Assembly: GCA_964016885.1 (NCBI GenBank)
Contig: OZ024741.1
Coordinates: forward strand, 273,172,001 to 273,236,000
Direction of reading: 5' to 3'
Length of the DNA stretch: 64,000 bases
Source: Eledone cirrhosa
Taxonomy: Eukaryota
This document shows, piece by piece, positions 12,887 to 25,643 of the stretch. Under the pieces are notes generated by a model. That model did not search any database. It saw nothing but the letters and a program-made list of their open reading frames with translations, and had not been told where the DNA came from. The translations under genes and the position numbers were made by a program. The stretch's first letter is position 1. Every line of letters starts with the position of its first letter.

Positions 12887-13132
12887 AAACAGCGATGAAT
12901 TAGTTTTGCGAGGTTTTTGATATGAAATCGTGTGTCGAAACAAATATTGTTATACTTGGGGAGGGTCCTATTTGTTTGTGTTTGCGTGTGTGTATAGTGT
13001 TTTGTTTGATGTGTGTTCTTGTTTGGGTGACTGTGTATTGGTTAATGTATTCTATCTTAGTTTACTAGTGTGTGTTTATATGTGTTTGTTGTTATTGTGC
13101 TTATGTATTTATTTATTTATTTATTTATTTAT

Positions 13133-13594
13133 TTATACTTCTCTTAGGTCAGTGTTGTTTGTTTGGGTGTTGTTGTTATTCCATTCATTTTTTCTGTTTA
13201 GCCTTGGCCTTCTAAGTTCTATTTCGCTGGCCTCTCTGATTTGCCTATCAGCTGGGTCATTTCTATGTTTAGATATTATTCTAACTTCTATGTTGTCTAT
13301 GTTACCGTTGTGTTGTCGTCTGTCATGTTTGTATAGTACTGAACCGTTTTTTCGTCCTTTTAGTTCCCCCCAGTGTTGGTCTATCCTTTCACCTATGCTA
13401 CAAGCTGTCTCGCCTATGAATGTTGTTGTCATGTTTCTGCAAGTACCCTCTGTACATCTTATGCTATAGACTACGTTTCTAGTTTTACAGTTTATCCGGG
13501 GGTTTACACTACATATGATACATTTCCTATTAGTACAGTGGGTTTTCTTAAAAGGGTAGGTTTTGCTTATCAGAGATTTGCTGATCAAGAACAC
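13133..13594 (-). pseudogene. Penelope-like element Cys-rich linker plus GIY-YIG endonuclease fragment, within composite insertion 12947-13980
   Basis: CTNRKCIIC...CKTRNVVYSIRC...FIGETACSIGERIDQH...RQIREASEI...LNRKNEW; the composite has the shared CCCTCCC(C)AAGTATAACAA terminus inverted at both ends. Confidence 0.85.
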
Positions 13595-13975
13595 ACATAA
13601 AACAAAACACTATACACACACGCAAACGCATGCGCAGAGAAGACTAAAAAAATAAACAAATAAATAAATAAATAAATAAACATACTAAATAAAGATGGTG
13701 TAAGCATACAATGCAACGGGAGGAAACATAATAGCACCCCTGACGATGTTGCAGATGTGCCACGAAAGAACTTTGATAAACTATATATATGTGTTTGTGT
13801 CTATATTGTATCTGTATTTTTGACTGTTGGTCAGTCAATGATGGCAACATTGAGGACCGAATAAATTAAATTAATCGATATAAAAGACACAGAAGCGAAA
13901 ACCAACCAAACAGTGAGTGTGTTCTGTTATTAATTCTGGCAATATTATTACACAAATATGACCCTCCCCAAGTAT

Positions 13976-14043
<68 letters not shown>

Positions 14044-14049
<6 letters not shown>

Positions 14050-14725
14050 GCGGGCTGTGTGGTTGAAGTTAAGTATAATGGAAATAAAAAGTTACGGGCG
14101 AAAGAGGGTATTATCCATCATCAGTTGTCTGTTAGGAATCATCGATATTTCTTCGCGTTAGAGACAAGATATCACAATTTAGTGAGATCAATAACTAGAA
14201 TAAGTTATTGGGATAAAAAGGGGGAGGGAGGGAGAGAGAGAAAAGAATACGTAAACAGACACGAAAAGTAAAGCAACGTAAAGAGAGGAAAAATATCAAG
14301 TCAACAAACTTTTTTCGGACATAAGTCCTGACAAGTGTGACGAGAAAGGACAGACACGTCTTGACTGTAGCAGTGTGAGCGATAAAAGAGACTGCTTGCA
14401 GTGGCGGACGAAGGAGGAAGGGAGCTAGCAGAGAGAAGGCGACTAGCAGAGAGGGAGTGAGTGAAAGTAAGAGGAAGCGAGAAAGAGATAATTATAGAGG
14501 CAGCCTAGCAGAGAGAAGGTGACTAGCAGAGGGGGTGAGCGAAAATAAGAGGGAGAAAGAGAGAGAAGGGAGAGAGATGATAGCAACAAGGGAAGAGAAA
14601 AGACGGGTCACAGCGGATATGGAAAATTATATGAACAAAATGGCGGGCTGTGTGGTTGCATTTAAGTATAATGAAAATAAAAGTTTACGAGCGAAAGTCA
14701 CCCGTAACTTTTTATTTCCATTATA
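14044..14725 (-). mobile_element. Non-coding (TA)n-inserted element, 593-bp partial tandem, with permuted hammerhead-like motif (family F3)
   Basis: AAAATGGCGGGCTGTGTGGTTG at 14044 and 14637; short inverted end at 14701-14725; motif at 14113-14182. Confidence 0.75.
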
Positions 14726-14749
14726 TATCTATCTATCTATCTATCTATT

Positions 14750-16492
14750 TCGACAGGGATGCCCTCTCTCCTCCCTTCTGTACGTACTGACTCTCGAGCC
14801 ACTACTGCGGAAGCTGGAGCTATTGCAGGGCATCCCTCTGGAACCGGGACTGCGGAAACCGGCGTCGGCCTACGCCGACGACGTGACAGTAATGGTGTCG
14901 AGCGCCTCGCAAATCGAGGAAGTCGGCACCTTACTAAAGGAATACGAAAGTCTCACAGGAGCGAAGCTGAACCGGGACAAGTCCATCGGTTTGCAACTCG
15001 GATCGTGGAGAGGCAGACCGATGCCTTCCGATGGCGTCGTCGGACGCTGGACGGAAGGACCGGTAAAGCTGCTCGGGGTCTGGTTTGGTCCGGACCTCCA
15101 GGTGGAGAAGAACTGGAACGAAGTGACGGCCAAGGTGTTTGCACTCACCCAGAAGTGGGCCGAGTGCAAACTATCCTTGAAAGGTCGAGCGGAGGTGGCG
15201 AACACTTTTATAGCGTCCGCCATCTACTACCGCTTGACCGTCGTGCCTTGTCCAGCCAAAAGGCTCGCCAAAATGGAGCGCGCGCTCTTCCGATTCCTTT
15301 GGAAGAGGCGGGCTCCTTTGGTGAGAAGATCCATCTGCTGCCAACACCCTTCTAACGGAGGGCTGGGGATGCCGTAGTTGACGATGCGCAAACACGCGCT
15401 CAGGCTGCGGCATCTCTACGTATTCCTCACCGGACAACCGGTGTGGGCCCCGTTCGTGAGGCGAGCCTTCCCACGACTCGTCTCGCTGACCGAGCTGCAG
15501 TCCTGGGTCAAGCAGAGACCGAGGAAAATGGGCGACTGGCACATCGAATGTGCTCAGGCGCTCACAGCCCTCTGGCAGGCGGACCCGGCGATCAGTGGAG
15601 ACTCCACTTCGTCATTCTATAGAGGGTTGGTCCGCAGCAAGTGCGACGACGCGCTCGGTGAAACTCTAGGCGTAGAGGAAGATGAACTGGCCAGTCTGTT
15701 CGGTAGGACCTTCCGCCCGGGACCGATGGACAACTTCCAAAAGTCCCTGGCCTGGCAGTGCTACCGAGGAGCTCTACCAGTTCGAGACAAGCTCTACAGA
15801 CATGGGCGCCCGGGCAGGGACCCTGCAAAAAAGATCTGTCCGAGGTGCGTGCGAGACGAAGAAACCGTCGCGCACGCATTCATACACTGCCCGGGCGTCA
15901 CTGACCTGTGGGGCTATATAGAACGACTATTGTCGCGGGTGGGACCAATCCAGTTGACCACCGAGTCCATTGTCATGATCAAACCGCCACCCTCCTTCAA
16001 AAACGAAGGAGAGGCGGTTTTCCTTTGTGTGATAGCTATGGCGAAAGAGGTTGTATGGTGGACAAGGTTGAAAGGGCTGAGGTCAGACACCTTTCTCTCC
16101 GGCCAACAACTGATTCTTTTTTTCAAATACCACTTTGGAAGAAGAATCAGGATGGAGAGAGAGGTGCTGTACCCCAGCAAGTTTTATGAAAGGTGGGTGA
16201 AAGTGGCGAGAATGGCCCGAGTGAATGGGCCTTCTCTCTATATCAGCCTGTAGGTTGAGGAAAAGGAGGAGGAGAGGAAAGGAGTACAAGCTCTTCGTAC
16301 TCCTGGAGATGAGGGTTGCACATTTTTTTTCGGGGGTATGTGTTACCCATATAAACTGTCTCCCTCTATTGGGGAAAATCGACTAACTTTTAAATTCCAT
16401 CTGTGATAACATTTTACACGTTTTTATTGTATGTAAACTTGCCCCTTTGTATTTGTCCCCTTCTTTTGTGCCCCTGTGGCTAATAAAGAAAT
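14750..16492 (+). mobile_element. 5'-truncated Tx1/L1-type LINE (RT C-terminal half and C-terminal Cys motif; in-frame stop at 15375-15377)
   Basis: RQGCPLSSLLY, AYADD, GGLGMP and CPRC..ET..H...C; paralogous to 20596-22312; 3' end AATAAAGAA. Confidence 0.92.
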
Positions 16493-16880
16493 ATATCTAT
16501 ATATATATAGAATCTAGCTGTCGTCTGTTCTACAGTGTGGATGTAATTCACTTCGCGCAGAAGTTTTGTTCAAATTTATTGCGGAAATTTTGTGAGTTCA
16601 AATTTAATTTTGATACGATTGTGTAGCTTGAACTGTCAGGCGGTGGGTCAGCTCATCTTTACCCCTCCTAGAGGTGAAAAACCTGTTTTAAAAAATTTTG
16701 TGGCAAAAAAATTTCAATCGTCTAACAGAAATGTTAAACGCAGCGAACGAAAATAGTGGTGGGGGGACAGCGGTAAGAGTTGTAAGCTCGCACGCTTTAG
16801 TCCCCCTTCTTTCCCAACTAACGTCATAGAGAAGGAAGGAAAAATTAAAATAAAAACAGACGAATCTGCGGAGAAAAAAT

Positions 16881-18627
16881 ATGACGAAAACACAAATCTG
16901 GACATGGATTCCAACAACGAAAAAAAAAAAATTTGAAAAATTGCATGACAATACTAATAACACAAACAAAAACACAACAAACACAAAAATAACATTTGAA
17001 AATAACACCATAACAGAAAGCAAAGCAGACGACAAGATTTCATTTGCACAGACAACAAAGAAATCTTTGACTTATATACCCGAAAATATTTCAGATGTGG
17101 CACGAAGAATCACAGACGCCAAACAATACATAAGTGAAGGAGAGAATGGTATTTTATCGGTAAAAATGCCTCAAGAATTCACCAAAGACATTGAAAGCCG
17201 AACGGTCAAGTTCCGCACCATCAACAACAGTACAAAAAAACCTGAACAGCCTTCTCAAGCAGATATCAAAACAGTACTCACAGAAGTACTTAATGAAACC
17301 ACTTTCATAAGAAAAGAGACTGTATGGAAGCCTAGCAATTATCATGAAGAACGAATCGGCGGCAAAAAAATGTGCTTTGTCACCGATTCGTTCGAAAAAT
17401 TTTACCTTTTATCCATCTTATATGGGGAAAAGAACTCAACGCATATGGCTGGATGCAATGATGCCAGATGTGGACTACTGCTGGCTCATAGCTGGCTTCA
17501 TCGATCCAGTGAATGACAACGTGATTTCCATTGGGAAAACCACAGGCAATGCGTTCAGTGGAACAGGTATAGAGCTGGTAGTGCAAATGAAGCCTGAACG
17601 CATCGCCCAAATACCCGACAGAATCTTATTAGAGGGCCACGGGTATATAAACATTAGCGTGGAGGGGAGAAGGCCGTCCTGCCATATCTGTGCAGGCAGA
17701 GGGCACCTGAAGGCCGCTTGTCCCCAACTCAACAAAAAGAAAACCCTGCTACCAACACCAGCTCCACCACCACCACCACAACAGATAAACAAACAACAAA
17801 ACTCAGTCCCACCCAACCCGTCCCTCAGTAAAACCACACCACCACCACAACACAAACAGTCACAACACATTACCCCAAAACAAAATACAGGCCCACCCAA
17901 CCTCTCACTCAATAAAACAACACAACCACCGCAGACACAACACACAACACAGTTTAACATAGTGACATCCATCTCCCCCACAAAGAAAACCAACACGGAA
18001 ACATTACCAGCAAACATACCTCTTCCCTCCAACACTGAAGATAACCCAACGAATTCGGAGGAAGAAACGGAGTCCTTCAGACAGATTAAAAAGAAAAAAA
18101 GAAAACATGTGCAAAACACACAAGGCCAAACAACCCCCACCCAAATCTCAACACAATCCAACAAAACAGAAAACACCCCTCCAGCAACAAACAAAATCAA
18201 ACCTGCCCCTCCCCTCTTCGAAACACTCACACCATCCGAAAAAAAGACATTACACTATACTTACATCAACAGAAACAATAATAAATTAAATGAACTCATG
18301 AACAATAATCCTTCGGTACAAACCGAAGGTGTAAACTTTGTTTCTTCAGAAAACTACCCACATTAAAAATTAATAAAGATCCCAATGAACCTCTACTAAA
18401 AACTAAAAAAGGATTTTAAAGAGGACGTAGGACCACCCTCTGTCAAACCCATAAACCGCGTCCTACTAAAAAGCTTTCCCCCTCCCCTTCCCCTCCCCAA
18501 CACAACTCCAAACACCCCAACCCCACCACACACTGACGACCCCACACCACCACAAGACACCCCTTCACCCAACACCCCCGACCCCATGGAAGTCGTGCAA
18601 CCCGAACCCCGGGAAGCGGAAAGGTAG
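16881..18627 (+). pseudogene. LINE ORF1 (gag-like), frameshifted
   Basis: Overlapping ORFs 16881-17516 and 17344-18366; CCHC knuckle CHICAGRGHLKAAC; Pro/Thr-rich tail; ends just upstream of ORF2. Confidence 0.75.
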
Positions 18628-18660
18628 GTCTCTACACTCTCCTTTGGCTCTGCCGCCCAC

Positions 18661-21600
18661 ATGGATGTGTTAAGAGTAGGATGTTTGAATGCACGTGGCC
18701 TGGGCTCAACTTGGAAGCAAGCAAAGCTTCTAAATGACCTCAGGTCATGTAATATAAATGTAATGGTTATCTGTGAGACTCGAATCAGCGTCGTGCGGCA
18801 GCTGGTCCCCACCTTCGATGACTTTGAGGTGCATGCATCTCTCTGTCAACCTGGAGGTGGGGGTGGGGTTGTTGTACTGCTGCAAAAACACATGGGTCTT
18901 GCCGTACAGGTTGTGCACTCGGACCCGGAGGGTCGTTTGTTGGTGCTAGACGTTGGCAGTAGTGAAAGTGCGGCCTTGAGACTGGTCGCCGTCTACTCCC
19001 CTTTCGGAGCTGAACGGCCCGACTTCTTCCAGCGTTTGGAGACTTTTCTGGGAACGTCGCGTTCCCTGCTTCTAGCGGGGGATTGGAATGACATCCTAGA
19101 TGCACGTTGGGACTATGCAGGAGCATGTCCTAATAGAGGGGGGTGTAACAGCCTCAAGGGGTTACTCGACCGTTTTAACTTGGTCGATAGATATCGACTA
19201 GATTTTCCAACTGTGCCTACCTGGACTTGGAGAAACCACAGTGGTCAATCCAGATCGTACTTAGATATATTCTTAGTTAGAAGTAAAGATAGGGACATAT
19301 TAAGCTGTCCAGAAATGCGCACGGTTGGCTACACGGATCACAAATTAGTGACCTGCGTAGTCAATCTCGAGAAAACACATAAACAGGGTCCCGGTTACTG
19401 GAAACTTAATTTGTCTTTACCGGCAAAAGAGACTTACAGAAACCGGATTAGCAGATTAGTTAAGGAGAGGTTGACGGGTGCAATCGTCAACAACCGATAG
19501 TGGGCATCTCTCAAAAGAGAGATTAGAACAGAATCAATAAGTTATAGCAAGATGTTAGCTGCCGATAGGAATAGAAACGAAAAAGAATTAACAGGTAAAT
19601 TAGAAGAGGCAATCAAGAGCGAAGATGTGGCCAGAGTGCTGGCATCGAGGACGGCCTTGAACCAGTTTTTCGATGCAAAGCACGAAGGCTGCGTCATTCG
19701 AAGTAAAATACGTGCTCTAGGTAATGAGGGGGCCAAAGCCGTTGGCTGGGCCCGCGTGACAGAAGCTAAGAGTGGAAATCGATCCACCATCCGGTCGTTG
19801 CAAGACGAAGATGGACGGGTGATCCGGGAGCCTAAGCAGATGTGCGAGGCCTTTCAAAGGCACTTTGCCCGATTGTTCGGGGGATGCGAGGGTCCGGGCG
19901 GGGGCGTGGATTTCGGTCCATACCTCGACGGCCTGCCGCGTCTCTCGAGCGAAGAGGCAGAGTCCTGCGAGGGACCAATCTCGGCTGATGAGATCGGAGA
20001 TGCGCTGAGCCAATGCAGCAGACGCAAATCTCCAGGTCTCGATGGTATACCTTACGAACTTTATTTAGCAATGCCGGTCTTCTTCTCCGAACTCCTCGAA
20101 GCGGTATACTGCAATTGGCAGCAGAACGGGAGAATTCCTTGTTCTGTAGCCAAGGGCGTAGTCACGCTGGTGAGGAAGGACGAGAACAAGGGAGATAGTA
20201 TAAATAATTTTCGGCCCATAACCCTGCTAAACACAGAGTTAAAGATTTTGGCCAAGGTGTTAGCAAAGAGGTTGGCACTTGTCGTGGGTGGCCTGGTGGG
20301 AGATGCGCAGACATGTGCTATCCCATCCAGGTCCATTCACGATAACCTCCACCTCATGCGATACATCATAGAGAGGGATGGCAACAAACCCGGCTTCGGT
20401 GGGGCCCTGATCAACTTGGATCAGTCTAAGGCCTTCGATAGGGTCGACCATGGTTACCTGGATGCGGTGCTAGCGGCGGCTGGGTTCGGTCCTGTTTTCA
20501 GAGGCTGGATCACTGCCTTACATAGCAACCACATCTGTTCTAGGATCAAGGTGAACGGCTACCTTTCGAAGCCGTTCGAAATCACACGATCCATTCGACA
20601 GGGGTGCCCTCTCTCCTCCCTTCTGTACGTATTGATTCTCGAGCCTTTACTGAGGAAGTTGGAGTTGTTGCAGGGTATCCCCCTGGAACCAGGATTGAGC
20701 AAAGCGGTGTCGGCCCACGCCGATGACGTAACAGTAATGGTATCGACCGACTCGGAGATCGAGGCGATCGGTACCTTACTGGAGGATTACGAAAGGTTGT
20801 CAGGAGCGAAACTGAACCGGGAAAAATCCATCGGGCTGCAACTCGGAACGTGGAGAGGCAGACCGATGCCTCCTGACGGTGTCGTCGGACACTGGACGGA
20901 GGGCCCGGTAAAGTTGCTTGGGGCCTGGTTTGGACCGGACCTCCAGGTGGAAAAGAACTGGAACGAGGTTACGAACAAGGTGTTTGCACTAACCCAGAAA
21001 TGGGCCAAGTGTGAGCTGTCCCTAAAAGGCCGGGCGGAGGTGGCGAACATTTACATAGCGTCCGTCACTTACTACCGCCTGACTGTCGTGCCTTGCCCTA
21101 AGGAAACACTCACCACCATGGAACGCATGCTCTTCCAATTTCTTTGGAAGAAGCGCCCTCCTATGGTGAGAAGATCCATCTGCTGCCAACAACCTTCGAA
21201 AGGAGGGCTGGGGATGCCGTGGTTGATGAAGCGTAGGCACGCATTAAGGCTACGGCACCTACAGGTATTCCTCACTGGTCAACCGGTGTGGGCTCCGTTC
21301 GTGAAACGAGCCTTTCCGAGACTCGTCTCGCTCACCGAGCTACAGTCCTGGGTCAAGCAAAGATCCGGAAAACTGGGAGACTGGCACACTGAGTGTGCTC
21401 AGGCGCTCAGGGCTCTCTGGCAAGCGGGCCAGGCCATCGGTGGAGAATCCACCTCAGCATTCTATAGAGGGCTGGTGGCTAGCAGGGGCGATGACACCCT
21501 TGGAGAGTCGCTGGACATGGAAGAAGACGAACTGGCCAGCCTGTTCGGTAGGACTTTCGGCCCAGGACCAATGGACAACTTCCAGAAGTCACTGGCCTGG

Positions 21601-22098
21601 CAGTGCTACCGGGGGGCTCTACCCGTTCGAGAGAGGCTCTACAGACACGGGCGCCCGGGCAGGGATCCCTCAAAAAAGATTTGCCCTAGATGCGTGCGTC
21701 ACGAAGAAACCATTGCGCACGCATTGGTGCAATGTCCGGGCGTGGCTGATCTGTGGGGCTACGCCGAACGACTGCTGTCGCGGGTGGCGCCGATTCAATT
21801 GACCGCCGAGTCCGTGATGACAATCAAACCGCCTCCCCTCTTCACAAAGGAAGCAAAGGCGGTTTTTCTGTGCGTAATAGCCATGTTGAAAGAGGTTGTT
21901 TGGTGGACACGATTGAAAGGTCTGAGGTCAGGCAACTTCCTCTCTGGCCATAGTCTGGTCTACTTCTTCCGATATCACTTCGGAAGAAGGATAAGAATGG
22001 AGAGAGAGGTGCTTGGCCACAGGCAGTTTTATGAAAGGTGGGTGATAGTGGCGAGAATGGCTCGTGTAAATGGGCCTTCTCTGTATACCATCCTGTAG
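18661..22098 (+). pseudogene. LINE ORF2: APE endonuclease plus reverse transcriptase, one in-frame TAG at 19498-19500
   Basis: LNARGL, ICET, AGDWN, SYLD and TDH (APE); KSPGLDG, NFRPITLLN, LDQSKAFDRV, RQGCPLS and AHADD (RT); CPRC..ET..H...C. Confidence 0.93.
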
Positions 22099-22319
22099 GT
22101 AAAGAAGTAAAGGAGAGGGGAGCACCTTCTCCGTGTGCTCCCCGGGCAAAGGATTGCACACTTTTTCGGGGGTGTGTGCAACCCCCATCACGTCCCCTCC
22201 CTTTTGAGGTTATTTTCAATTATTTTCATGTTACACCCTTTTTACTCGATTGTATGTAAACTCCCCCTTTGTATTTGTCCCTTCTTTTTATGCCTTTATG
22301 GTAAATAAAGAAATATATA

Positions 22320-22355
<36 letters not shown>

Positions 22356-22669
22356 ATGGATAGACAGACCAAACCCAAGATGAAGAACATTTAAGATGAC
22401 TTTTTTTTACACGTTTCAATAAAAAATAGTTGAACGAAGTAAATGGTGAAAAGGTTGCTCAAGCTCCATTATGAAATAAAGTACCAGTAATACACTGGGA
22501 TAATTGCTGGCCTTGTGCCAAAAGTAGAAACAATTATTAATATATAGAGATGTTTCTCTCTATTACAATTCCAATGGGGAATTTGTCATTGGCCCTTAAT
22601 TTCACTTCATGCTCTCTCTTCAGACAACATAAAGAATCTATACAAAAATATGCGAAAATAAGCAATTTC

Positions 22670-22714
<45 letters not shown>

Positions 22715-22715
<1 letters not shown>

Positions 22716-23248
22716 GTAGCGAAATCTGTCCACGCCTTGAACCTTGGGTGACACCTAAAGGTCAAACTCTAGGTCACCACCCTTTTGGTGTTAACAGGTT
22801 GATGCGTGGGCTACCCCCCTCAAGGTGGGAGACAGAAAGCGACAGGTATATAAAGCCTGTATCATCCCACGTTTATACAGAGAGATCGGAGCACCACGAT
22901 ACAGACCAGCCACGTGAAAGATTCACTGCTACCTTCAGGCCTCAGAGGTCTACAGACATACAGAGCGATCGGAGCAGTACGCTATTACAAGCTATGTAAA
23001 GATCACCGCTATCTACAGTCAACTACAGACCATTACTCTCTCTCTCTTGGTCGCAGACTAAACCAGCCTCATGAACCAACAACAAAATAACATTGTCAAC
23101 CTTCGCAACTCATGGTAACTTCTTTATTGTTCTTTTTGACTGAAGTGAAGTAAACCTTTATATATAAAGTAAAAGGGCCATTCTTGTTATTTCATCTAAC
23201 AACCACATATAATCATTCTAACAACTTACAAATACCTATCGTTAAACA
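22715..23248 (+). mobile_element. Probable solo LTR
   Basis: TGTAGCGA...TCGTTAAACA termini (TG..CA, imperfect inverted ends), internal TATATAAAG box and polyA-signal-like AGTAAA; inserted in (CA)/(TA) repeat. Confidence 0.6.
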
Positions 23249-23440
23249 TATACACACATACACATATATACAGCCTCCCCCAATGCTTTCTCTCCACACA
23301 TGTGTATATATGTATATTAATTACACATACGATATTACATAATAGGCGACTGTTTGGTATTCTAATTCAAGTGATTAATCTACCTGATGCAATGTACGCC
23401 CTACGATACAGGGATGTTGACCCCCCGCCCCCTCCAAAAA

Positions 23441-23670
23441 GATGTGGTGACCAAGAGGAAGACCAGGTGATCTAAGGTGATTTGGTATAGATGTGGTGAC
23501 CAAGAGGAAGACCAGGTGACCTTAGCTCATTTTGGTATAGTTGTGGTGACCAGCAGGAATACCAGTTGACCTTAGGTCATTTGGTATAGATGTGATGACC
23601 AGGAGGAAGACCAGTTGACCCTAGGTCATTTGGTATAGATGTGGTGACCAGGAGAAAGACCAGGTAACCT
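23441..23670. repeat. ~49-bp minisatellite (GATGTGGTGACCARGAGGAAGACCAGKTGACC...), about 4.7 copies
   Basis: Direct inspection. Confidence 0.85.
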
Positions 23671-24002
23671 TGGCAACAACCTCATCTGGAGCTATACAAC
23701 AACAACACTACCAACATCATCTGGAACTACAACAACAACCCCATTTGGAGCTGCACTACAGCAACAACACCAACATCTGGAGCTGCACACAACAACATCT
23801 GGAGTAGCTCTACAACAACAACAACACTACCAACACAATTATGAAAAGACCAAGATTACATTGTCCATGAAAGTTTAGTAATACCTAGTGTAATGTTTAT
23901 TTAAAAGATTACTGTTGGTTTAATAGTGACAGCTGACTTAAACAGCCTCCACTTGCCTCTAACACCTGTCTCCAACACCTGTCTCCAACACCTGTCCCTA
24001 TG

Positions 24003-24647
24003 TATTCACGGGTCTCCAATAATGCCCCCTCCTCCTGCCTATTAATTTTTCAGATTTTTTTCCAACCCACCCCGCTTTTATTCCAGCCTCACCCCACCAC
24101 ACCGCTTATTAAATTTTGCTAATCTATCTTCGGGAAATTTTATTTTAAGTGGTAGCATTCCTGTGATAATTAATTTTCTTTAGACATTAAAAAAACATTG
24201 TACTTGACAAAAAAAAAAGAAAGAACATTACAAGAAATCCCATATGTTATAAAATAAATAACATGGGTTGAGGTCGCAATATGTAAACTAAACGACTAAT
24301 TCTGGTTTTTTAAAAATATCAACGGAGACATTAATTTTCTTTAGAGATAAAAAAAAAAAAACATTATACCTGACTAAAAAGAAAATTACTAGAAATCCCA
24401 TACATTATAAAATAAATAGGATGGGTTGGGGGTTTCAATATGTAAACTGAACGACTAATTCTGGTTTTAAAAAATATATCAACGTAAACAATCTAGAAAA
24501 ATTACCGATTTTCCACCACCCCCACTTATTCTAACCCCCCCCCCCCGTTTATTCCACCCCGCATATTTCACCCCACGCCTATTCCAATTATCTCGCTTAT
24601 TCCCCCCCCCCACTAATACCCCCCCAATTATTTGGGACCCGTGAGTA
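24003..24647. mobile_element. MITE with ~20-bp terminal inverted repeats, probably Tc1/mariner-pogo type (TA ends)
   Basis: TATTCACGGGTCTCCAATAAT ... ATTATTTGGGACCCGTGAGTA; internal ~160-bp duplication. Confidence 0.7.
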
Positions 24648-24792
24648 GGTGTTAGCGTAAGCCTCTAACACAGCTGTGTTGACACTGTAGCTATGTGTGT
24701 GCAAGCTGTAATGTAACTGTTGTGACTTCCAGAGGTTGACTGAGGAAATGGGGTTGTTTCCCCCGTTGTCTTTGTCCTGTGCACCCCTATAT

Positions 24793-24826
<34 letters not shown>

Positions 24827-24835
24827 ATATATATA

Positions 24836-25584
24836 CCTTCGGTTTGCTTTTCCTTCTGTTGTTTACTTGTCTCACTCGCTTTACGCGTTTCACTTGTCCC
24901 AATAGCTTATTTTAGTTATTGCTCGCACCAACCTGAGGTATCTGATTTTTAATGCGATGAAATACCAATGATGGTTGGCAAATCACTGATGAGAGACTAA
25001 TTTTATAATATGTAATCCATGTGCAACCATGCAGTATTTTTCTCCCCTTGTTTTTCATATATATTTACCTAAACTGCGATTATCTGTTTCTCTCTTTCTC
25101 TCTTACTGCTCCCCGTTCTCTCTGTTTCTCTTACCTTCTTTCGCCCTCTCTGTCAGTTACACTTTTTCTCTCGACTGACCTCTTCCTCGCACTTCCACTC
25201 ACTCACTCTCTGTTTCTCCCCGTCTCACTTCTTCCTGTTCGCTAGTAGTGGGGTTCCTTCTTTCTCACACCGCATTCACGGCGTACGGTCTGCTTCTCTG
25301 TCCGCTCATGAAATTCACCCAGCTTATGCTGATCCGATAACTATCATGTGGCATGGTGTTTTTCCAACCTTCGGTTTGCTTTTCCTTCTGTTGTTTACTT
25401 GTCTCGCTCGCTTTACGCGTTTCACTTGTCCCAATAGCTTATTTTAGTTATTGCTCGCACCAACCTGAGGTATCTGATTTTTAATGCGATGAAATACCAA
25501 TGATGGTTGGCAAATCACTGATGAGGGACTAATTTTATAATATGTAATCTATGTGCAACCATGCAGTATTCTTCTCCCCTTGTT

Positions 25585-25590
<6 letters not shown>
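24836..25590 (+). mobile_element. Non-coding (TA)n-inserted element, 532-bp tandem (1.4 copies), with permuted hammerhead-like motif (family F1)
   Basis: CCTTCGGTTTGCTTTTCC at 24836 and 25368; (TA)n on both sides; motifs at 24928-24997 and 25460-25529. Confidence 0.82.
24928..24997 (+). ncRNA. Candidate permuted, K-turn-containing hammerhead-like ribozyme
   Basis: CCAAC-CTGA-GGTAT-C^-TGATTT-(10 nt)-GAA-ATACC-AAT-GA-T-GGTTGG-C-AAATCA-CTGATGA; covaries with 14113-14182(-) and 39649-39718(-). Confidence 0.65.

Positions 25591-25643
<53 letters not shown>

Larger units (their letters stand above)
16511..22312 (+). mobile_element. Full-length Tx1/L1-type non-LTR retrotransposon with a few disabling mutations
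   Basis: 5' UTR, ORF1 with zinc knuckle, ORF2 APE-RT-Cys motif, and a 3' UTR ending AATAAAGAA into ATATATCT microsatellite. Confidence 0.92.

Noticed and set aside
24954-24992. Box C/D snoRNA or SECIS interpretation of the TGATGA/CTGA motifs in family F
   Set aside because: The box order and covarying stems fit a hammerhead core plus K-turn better; no guide region or SECIS apical stem is evident.
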